The notes below the pieces were generated by a model. It ran no database searches, was not told where the DNA came from, and saw nothing but the letters and a program-made list of their open reading frames with translations. The translations under genes were made by a program, and so were the position numbers. A DNA stretch of 64,000 bases from positions 1 to 64,000 of the IMG/VR virus record IMGVR_UViG_3300042397_001844; one strand, 5' to 3'. The DNA comes from a virus. The first letter of the stretch is position 1. Every line of letters begins with the position of its first letter. Positions 58,057 through 64,000 of the stretch are shown piece after piece.

Positions 58057-58078
58057 TAGGGGAGTGTTACCTCCCCTA
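58057..58078. terminator. perfect 8-bp hairpin after the Hc1-like gene (possible terminator or stabiliser)
   Basis: TAGGGGAG-tgttac-CTCCCCTA; no clear U tract. Confidence 0.45.
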
Positions 58079-58083
58079 TCATA

Positions 58084-58254
58084 TTATGCTTTTTGCTCTG
58101 CGGTAGATGCTTGTCTATACGCAGTAATCAATTTCTTCAAATCACCGATAGCTTTTCTAGCTCTTGATTTGTTTACTTTTTTAGTTCCGTTGTGCTCTGT
58201 TTCAAATTGTGTAAACAAAGTCTTCATTTGTTCGAATAGTTCTTGACTGTTCAT
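58084..58254 (-). CDS. histone H1-like (Hc1-type) small protein (absent from ORF track)
   Basis: 56 aa: MNSQELFEQMKTLFTQFETEHNGTKKVNKSRARKAIGDLKKLITAYRQASTAEQKA. Confidence 0.75.
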   Translation of the reverse strand: MNSQELFEQMKTLFTQFETEHNGTKKVNKSRARKAIGDLKKLITAYRQASTAEQKA

Positions 58255-58278
58255 AGTTTTTGTTTTTAATTGTTATTA

Positions 58279-59673
58279 TTAACCCAATCCAGATACCAGT
58301 GCCGGCTTTGCACCAGGCATTGTATCTAAATATTTTTTGTGTAACATTTGTTTTTCCATTTCAGCACCACTAGCACTTTCTTTTGATGCTATGATACCAT
58401 CGGATGAAGATGCTGCATATACTTCTATCGTTCCAGTATTAGTATCCATTTTAGAAGGGAAGGTCAAACCATCCGAACCAAAACGATTCTTCATAATGTG
58501 TACTCTAGCCGTATTGTTTATCTTATCTTTTGCCTTTCTACTTAAACTCATAATAAAGTCAGCGTTCATTACTTTAGCGTAACTATCTGCTATCTTATCT
58601 GCTTCAATAACCTCACTATCTATTGCTGAACGATTTGTTTGTGATGCTGTCCAAATTGGTATTTGTAACTCACCACTCATTCCTCTCAAATCGATATATA
58701 CACCACCTTGCTCAGCGTATGTACTATCAGTTTTATTTGAGTGTGATAATAACAAGTCGGCGTAATCCACAATAATTAAATCGGGCTTATTACCAGCTGC
58801 TATCATCTTCTCAATGTGAAGTTGAATTGTTTTTGATGATGCTCCTTTAGGTGGATAGTATTTAACTTTAAGTTTACCTGGCAATCTTTTAAGTTTACCA
58901 TATACTTCATCTTTCTTTTCTTTTAAATCAACAGATGGAATATGAGTAAACACAGTATCGTATCTTAATCCTACATAATGTTGTGAAAGTTCTAATGTAT
59001 AATGTACTACGGTCTTACCAGCTCTTACAGCTGCTGCTCCTAAACACGCCAACATCCAACTCTTACCAACACCAGAAGGTGCTACTACTACTCCCAATTC
59101 ACCCGGTCCTAAACCACCACCCATTAAATCATCAACACAATCCCATCCCGTTGCCACAGTCAACCTTCCAGTCTCACTAAATCTTTCCTCAAAATCTAAA
59201 AGGTAATCCATACCTAAATCTGATTCAACTCCAACCTTCATTGCCTTATCAACTAAGTCTTTGATTCTATCGTAGTTGCCTGATTTAAGTAAATCTACTG
59301 ATTGTAGAATTACGTTCTTCATATTCTGATTGATACAAAATGATGTGAATTCGTTTTTCACATATTCAAAATCATCTTGTCCAATTTGTGTGTAGACCGT
59401 TTTAAGTTGTTCTACTACTGATTTCTTTAGCGATGGATTATCTAGCTTTGATACTTGCCCTTTGAATACATCCAATGTAGGTTCTTTCTTATACTCATCG
59501 TAATAATCTTTAATCTCTTGTACTATCCATTTGTTAGCATCGGATTCGAAAAACTTCTTATCAATGATTTCGCACAATGTGTCCATCATTCTAACATCGG
59601 TAAGTAAAGCAGATATTACTTTAGCTTGAAACGATTGCCCATATTTAGAGAGTGTATCTACTTGCTCTGCCAT
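58279..59673 (-). CDS. replicative DnaB/gp41-like helicase
   Basis: APSGVGKS, TLEL, VDYADL, TASQTNR, KNRFG. Confidence 0.93.
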   Translation of the reverse strand: MAEQVDTLSKYGQSFQAKVISALLTDVRMMDTLCEIIDKKFFESDANKWIVQEIKDYYDEYKKEPTLDVFKGQVSKLDNPSLKKSVVEQLKTVYTQIGQDDFEYVKNEFTSFCINQNMKNVILQSVDLLKSGNYDRIKDLVDKAMKVGVESDLGMDYLLDFEERFSETGRLTVATGWDCVDDLMGGGLGPGELGVVVAPSGVGKSWMLACLGAAAVRAGKTVVHYTLELSQHYVGLRYDTVFTHIPSVDLKEKKDEVYGKLKRLPGKLKVKYYPPKGASSKTIQLHIEKMIAAGNKPDLIIVDYADLLLSHSNKTDSTYAEQGGVYIDLRGMSGELQIPIWTASQTNRSAIDSEVIEADKIADSYAKVMNADFIMSLSRKAKDKINNTARVHIMKNRFGSDGLTFPSKMDTNTGTIEVYAASSSDGIIASKESASGAEMEKQMLHKKYLDTMPGAKPALVSGLG

Positions 59674-60717
59674 CTATTTTACTATTATATTTGTATAAGT
59701 TGATTTCAACCAATCGTTTATATCTTTCCAGTTTTGTAGTATCTTATACTTCATTGCTGCCTTAATAAAATCAAACTTATCAAACTTTTTATTAGGTTCG
59801 TTAAAACGGTCTAATATTTTAAGAGTTTGGTTTGTATTGATATGTGCTTCTTCTAATTGCATCAGATGCCTATTTCTCAATACCTCATTTCTTTGAGAAA
59901 GGATATCAGCGTATATTTTAGCATCATCTTTTTTAGATTCACATATACCAAAGAATTCATCAAAGGTAATTAATCTATCTTCCTCTAATTCAGGAAATCT
60001 TTTCAGTACAGTCTTTAAACCACATCCTTTAACGCCAGGAATATTATCTGAATTATCACCATCCAATGTTCTGAATAGTAAAAGGTTTTGTGGGTACATT
60101 CCCCATTCTGCTTTTACCATCTCTCTATCATAAAGTTTCTTTTTAGTTGGTGAATAAACTTTCGTCTTATCATCTACTAATTGTAAGAAATCTTTATCAG
60201 TTGATACAATAATACATTCTTCATCTTCACCTAATATTTGTCTAGCTATGTTAGCTATTACATCATCAGCTTCGATTCCATCATATATCATTGTTGTAAT
60301 TGGAAGTGAATCTAACAAATCAACTAACCAAACGAATTGGCGTTTCATTGAAAGTTGTTCTTCTTCCTGTGACATCATTTCAGGATATTGTCTATTAACT
60401 CTAAAACGATTTTTACCTCTATCAGCTTTGTATCCTTCAAACACTTCCTTTCTACCTTTAGAACCACCCTTACCATCAAAGATAAGAACTACTCTAGTCG
60501 GATTGAATTGGCGTATTTGAGAACCAATTGAATTTAATGAACCAATAACTCCACCCGTATGGTCACCATCCTCATTCATTGTAGGGTTGGTAGTCCAACT
60601 ACGGATGAAGGTATTAAGTCCATCAATGACAAGAACTCTACTATTACGCACTCTTAAGTGTGATGTCTCATGTTCTGATTCTACTTCGTTAAGAAGCTTT
60701 TTGTATAAGTCTTTCAT
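59674..60717 (-). CDS. 5'-3' exonuclease / flap endonuclease (T4 RNase H-like)
   Basis: IDGLN, FDG, YKADR, EADD, STDKDFLQL, GDNSDNIPGV. Confidence 0.93.
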   Translation of the reverse strand: MKDLYKKLLNEVESEHETSHLRVRNSRVLVIDGLNTFIRSWTTNPTMNEDGDHTGGVIGSLNSIGSQIRQFNPTRVVLIFDGKGGSKGRKEVFEGYKADRGKNRFRVNRQYPEMMSQEEEQLSMKRQFVWLVDLLDSLPITTMIYDGIEADDVIANIARQILGEDEECIIVSTDKDFLQLVDDKTKVYSPTKKKLYDREMVKAEWGMYPQNLLLFRTLDGDNSDNIPGVKGCGLKTVLKRFPELEEDRLITFDEFFGICESKKDDAKIYADILSQRNEVLRNRHLMQLEEAHINTNQTLKILDRFNEPNKKFDKFDFIKAAMKYKILQNWKDINDWLKSTYTNIIVK

Positions 60718-60737
60718 TTGTTTTGTAACCTTTTATT

Positions 60738-61859
60738 TTAATCCCCAATTACTTCTGAATCTACAACTAAGTTATCAGAGTCTAGTGAATCTTTTTTGTA
60801 TTGTAAAATTGTAGATTCGCAAATTCTTTTATAAATCTGCTCTTTAACTTCCGTATTGTTTTCCAATGTAGAAGGAAAATCTTTCGCCTGAAACTTAATG
60901 ATTTCACCAGTATCAATATCAGTATATTCATACCATGCACCACTTTGTTTTACGATTCCATTTTCTTTCATCATTCCCAACCATGCTCCGTAGTTATCAA
61001 TACCTCTATCAAAGAAGATATCGAAATCTGCTGAACGTAATGGTGGTCCCATACGATTCTTTACAACCTGGCATCTTACTTTGATACCAACAATTCTATC
61101 GTTACCATTTTCTTTTGCCTTAATCGTTCCCATACTCTTTAATCTTAAACGAACCGATGCATGGAAAGCAATTGCTTTACCACCAGAAGTTGTCCAAGGG
61201 TCAGAGAATGGCATTGCGTTCATCTTCTGTCTTAATTGGTTTGTGAAAACTAGAGTGATTTTCTGTCTACCAATAAGATTTGTGATTTTACGCATTGCTT
61301 TGGAAATGATAATTGCTTTATCCGTAGCGTAACCATCCTTACCATAATCAGCTTCCATCTCCTTTTCAGTTGATGCTGCTGCTACTGAATCCACAACGAT
61401 TGTTACATACTTATCTTTCGATGAAACTCTCACCTTTTCGATAATTGTTTCCGTATATTCAAAACATTGTTCAACAGTCTCAGCTGCTACATAAAGTAAT
61501 TTGGTTGTATCTACTCCAATGGCTTCTAAGAATTCTCTACTTACGGCGTTCTCCGTGTCAATCAATACAGCGATACCACCTAACTTTTGTGTTTCGGCAA
61601 GTAAGTGAGCTGATACTAATGATTTACCACTTTGTTCTAATCCCGTAATTTCGGTAATTCTACCAACAGGCAAACCTCCATAAGGTCTATTAGAGATTGC
61701 CACATCCAACATTGATGCTCCGGTTGATACCCAACCTTCTACGTTTGTAGGGGAGTCATTGTTGTCCAAAAAGAATGCTACCTTTTGGTCTTTTGCTTGT
61801 TTGTTTAGGGAGTCCGCTAGCACTTCTGCTAAGTCTACCTCTTTCGTTGCTTTCGCCAT
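60738..61859 (-). CDS. recA: RecA/UvsX recombinase
   Basis: GLEQSGKS, IDTE, VDSVAA, NQLR, SGGKAIAFHASVRL, KNR. Confidence 0.93.
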   Translation of the reverse strand: MAKATKEVDLAEVLADSLNKQAKDQKVAFFLDNNDSPTNVEGWVSTGASMLDVAISNRPYGGLPVGRITEITGLEQSGKSLVSAHLLAETQKLGGIAVLIDTENAVSREFLEAIGVDTTKLLYVAAETVEQCFEYTETIIEKVRVSSKDKYVTIVVDSVAAASTEKEMEADYGKDGYATDKAIIISKAMRKITNLIGRQKITLVFTNQLRQKMNAMPFSDPWTTSGGKAIAFHASVRLRLKSMGTIKAKENGNDRIVGIKVRCQVVKNRMGPPLRSADFDIFFDRGIDNYGAWLGMMKENGIVKQSGAWYEYTDIDTGEIIKFQAKDFPSTLENNTEVKEQIYKRICESTILQYKKDSLDSDNLVVDSEVIGD

Positions 61860-61874
61860 GTTGTTACTTATTTA

Positions 61875-62696
61875 CTATGAATTGAAAAGGTCATCAAATG
61901 CTGATGCTACATCATCGATTTTCTTCGGTGATTCTTTTGGTGCTGATTTTGCGTCATCAACATCAAATGGTGCTTCATCATTTTTTGCGGTAGATGCTAA
62001 CGTCTCTGCTGCTGCAGTAGATGTATCTTCATCACCATTAGCGGATGGGTTTAACCAACCTTCTAATACATTTTTCAATTCCGAATAAGTCAACTCTTGG
62101 TAAAGGTCTGTGATTTCGGTTTGTCCATTGATAAACTTATCAGTTTCTTCTTTAGTTGCTGCTAAAGGAGTTTCCTTTGGTTTAACACGGATTGTTGTTA
62201 CAGGGTAAGAAGTACCACTGTCTTCAGCTGATACTACTTCAACAGTAATATCTCTACCTTCATTTGGGTCAGTAATATCACCATAATCAGGATCTGCGAT
62301 GTAACCAAGAATTTCTTGATATACAGTTTTTCCAAAGCCCCAGAATCTTACACCTTCACCTTCTTCACCTCTTACCAATACTGGTACGAATGTTCTAAGT
62401 TTCGGCTCCATTTTCTTGGCAGCTTTCCAATCTTCTTTATCACCCATTCTTTTCAACTTATCAGCGAACTCAACGATAGGGTCAGGTCTGCCAAAAGAAG
62501 ATGGAGATAGATAAGATTTGTTGTTAATGTTGTAGTGAAAGAATAATTCAATAAAAGGATTCTCTTTGTTGAATTTGTAAGGGACTAAACGAATAGTGTG
62601 TTTGCCCGGAGCTGGTTTCCAAAGTTCTACTTTCTTTGAAGTTGTGCTTTGTAGTTTGTTCAGTCTACCTCTGATTGCGTCTAAGTTAATAGCCAT
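61875..62696 (-). CDS. single-stranded DNA-binding protein (gp32-like)
   Basis: WKP..IRLVP, WGFGKTVY, DITDPNEGRD, acidic tail FDDLF; start at ATG 62696. Confidence 0.85.
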   Translation of the reverse strand: MAINLDAIRGRLNKLQSTTSKKVELWKPAPGKHTIRLVPYKFNKENPFIELFFHYNINNKSYLSPSSFGRPDPIVEFADKLKRMGDKEDWKAAKKMEPKLRTFVPVLVRGEEGEGVRFWGFGKTVYQEILGYIADPDYGDITDPNEGRDITVEVVSAEDSGTSYPVTTIRVKPKETPLAATKEETDKFINGQTEITDLYQELTYSELKNVLEGWLNPSANGDEDTSTAAAETLASTAKNDEAPFDVDDAKSAPKESPKKIDDVASAFDDLFNS

Positions 62697-62782
62697 TTTT
62701 TTACGTTTTAAGAGTTTATGTTTTATGGTTTTATTTAGGTGAGTGTCCTTCACCCTCTATGTATATAAATATTAAGAGATTA

Positions 62783-62814
62783 CAAATATACGACAAATTA
62801 TCGGACTTTCCAAA
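62783..62814 (-). promoter_or_regulatory. Bacteroidota-type promoter
   Basis: TTTG-N20-TATATTTG. Confidence 0.75.
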
Positions 62815-62872
62815 TCTTTTTTGAAGTATATTTTTAACCCATTTAAGCATGTATATATGTTTGAGATTTACT

Positions 62873-62904
62873 CAAAGATACGAAAAATATACGAAACTAC
62901 CAAA
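62873..62904 (-). promoter_or_regulatory. Bacteroidota-type promoter (tandem copy)
   Basis: TTTG-N20-TATCTTTG. Confidence 0.75.
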
Positions 62905-62905
62905 T

Positions 62906-62930
62906 AAAAAAGGGGATTAATTTTCCCCTT
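62906..62930 (-). terminator. intrinsic terminator overlapping the ART stop codon
   Basis: minus strand AAGGGGA-aaattaa-TCCCCTT followed by T tract. Confidence 0.65.
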
Positions 62931-64000
62931 CTTTTGTATATAATAATGATGTTCTGTTTGGATATTGTAGATGTTTCTTTAAAATGTCCTTTTCGTTATC
63001 ATCTATAAACTCTCTTAACTTAATTTCGTTTTTAGTTCCCGCTTGTTCTAATGTTATAATAGTAAAATTACGGCCTTTTTCCATTTTTGTAGATTCGGTT
63101 TTCACAACTTTATATTTATTGTTTGATGGTAAAAGTACTTCATGTTGGCCAGACCAATCACCAAAATCATTACCAAACATTTTATCTTTATTTTTAGCAG
63201 ATACATTACCTACATTTGCATTCATACAAAATCCATTGAATGTATTTTTTGAATTTACTACTTTGATTATTATGGATTGATTATTTGATTCATTTACCAA
63301 TGAATTTGCGTTACCAACATTATTAGCAAATTCAGTAGCTGTTGTTGCATCAAATGAAAATGAAGATATTGGTAAATCAATATTACCACCTTCCTTAAAA
63401 GATTTCATAAATTTAGAATAATCAAAAGAATTCATAGCCATACCCCTATACAAAGCGTTTGTTTGTACTGGAGGTGGTGGTTCTGATTTCAACATCTCAT
63501 CAATTCTATTTAATGCATCTTTGTTAATCATTGATTGATATGAAATCATATCATTTATATAATTTGGATTCTTTTTAGCTTGCTGCTTAACCCATTTAGA
63601 TTGATTTTTATCATTAGCTTCCGAAATACCTACAAAAGAATTATCCTTATCATCTCCCCTTTCCTTTTTAATAAAGTTACGAAGTCCACCATCCACAGTT
63701 GTTGGGTTCTCTAACTCATTCTGCATTGTCTTATTCCACTCATCATCTGAAAGTGTTTTATATTTTAGTGGATATGCTAATTGTAAATTTGATAAATCAT
63801 CCATAGCATCAGTCTCATTATCTTTTCCAAAATAAATGGTATTCCCCATTTTAACTAAAGCATACTCTGATAAACTTTTATAACCCCAAGCTTTTAAATC
63901 TTCTTTATTTGGAGTAAATCCGGATATATCAAAATACATTTCAGGATGTTGTAATATTCTATTTACATCTATTTTATATTTGTTAGCCACTTTAGCAACA
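62917..64000 (-). CDS. protein with C-terminal R-S-E ADP-ribosyltransferase domain (probably 5'-truncated by window)
   Basis: LYRGM, SSFS, QHEVLLP; frame stays open to the window end. Confidence 0.75.
   Translation of the reverse strand, partial: VAKVANKYKIDVNRILQHPEMYFDISGFTPNKEDLKAWGYKSLSEYALVKMGNTIYFGKDNETDAMDDLSNLQLAYPLKYKTLSDDEWNKTMQNELENPTTVDGGLRNFIKKERGDDKDNSFVGISEANDKNQSKWVKQQAKKNPNYINDMISYQSMINKDALNRIDEMLKSEPPPPVQTNALYRGMAMNSFDYSKFMKSFKEGGNIDLPISSFSFDATTATEFANNVGNANSLVNESNNQSIIIKVVNSKNTFNGFCMNANVGNVSAKNKDKMFGNDFGDWSGQHEVLLPSNNKYKVVKTESTKMEKGRNFTIITLEQAGTKNEIKLREFIDDNEKDILKKHLQYPNRTSLLYTKEGEN

Noticed and set aside
47487-61859. Inteins or introns in PolB, NrdAB, helicase or RecA
   Set aside because: Lengths are normal and motifs are uninterrupted
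1-64000. Genome-wide stop-codon reassignment
   Set aside because: Conserved genes are full length and densely packed in the standard bacterial code; TAG and TGA act as normal stops
1-64000. Bacterial chromosome LPS/capsule locus or eukaryotic giant virus origin
   Set aside because: T4-like replisome, tail-fibre domains, bacterial promoters, overlapping operon structure and no wzx/wzy/ABC export genes point to a tailed phage

Overview
A 64-kb, AT-rich segment of a large tailed dsDNA phage. Every credible gene is on the minus strand. The host is most likely Bacteroidota, because seven TTTG-N20-TAnnTTTG promoters and an Hc1-like gene are present. Reading right to left: (i) a partial ADP-ribosyltransferase; (ii) a T4-like replication block (SSB, RecA, 5'-3' exonuclease, helicase, NrdAB, thioredoxin, PolB, clamp, clamp loader, dUTPase, PD-(D/E)XK nuclease) interleaved with a candidate DNA-modification module (two Mom-like paralogues, a DUF262-HNH nuclease, a GT-B glycosyltransferase abutting the polymerase, a DUF4338/DruA-like protein); (iii) a glycan-biosynthesis region of more than 25 kb with about 15 glycosyltransferases, NDP-sugar enzymes, methyltransferases and an ACP/acyl-ligase cassette; (iv) Ser/Thr-rich fibre or mucin-like proteins and a subtilase interspersed with that region. 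The most striking signal is a candidate phage-encoded protein O-glycosylation system: a protein resembling plant peptidyl-serine/hydroxyproline O-glycosyltransferases (GT96/GT95) lies directly downstream of mucin-like poly-Thr/Ser proteins, and a GT-D (DUF1792)-like enzyme is in the same region. All family calls come from motif recognition by eye, not database searches.
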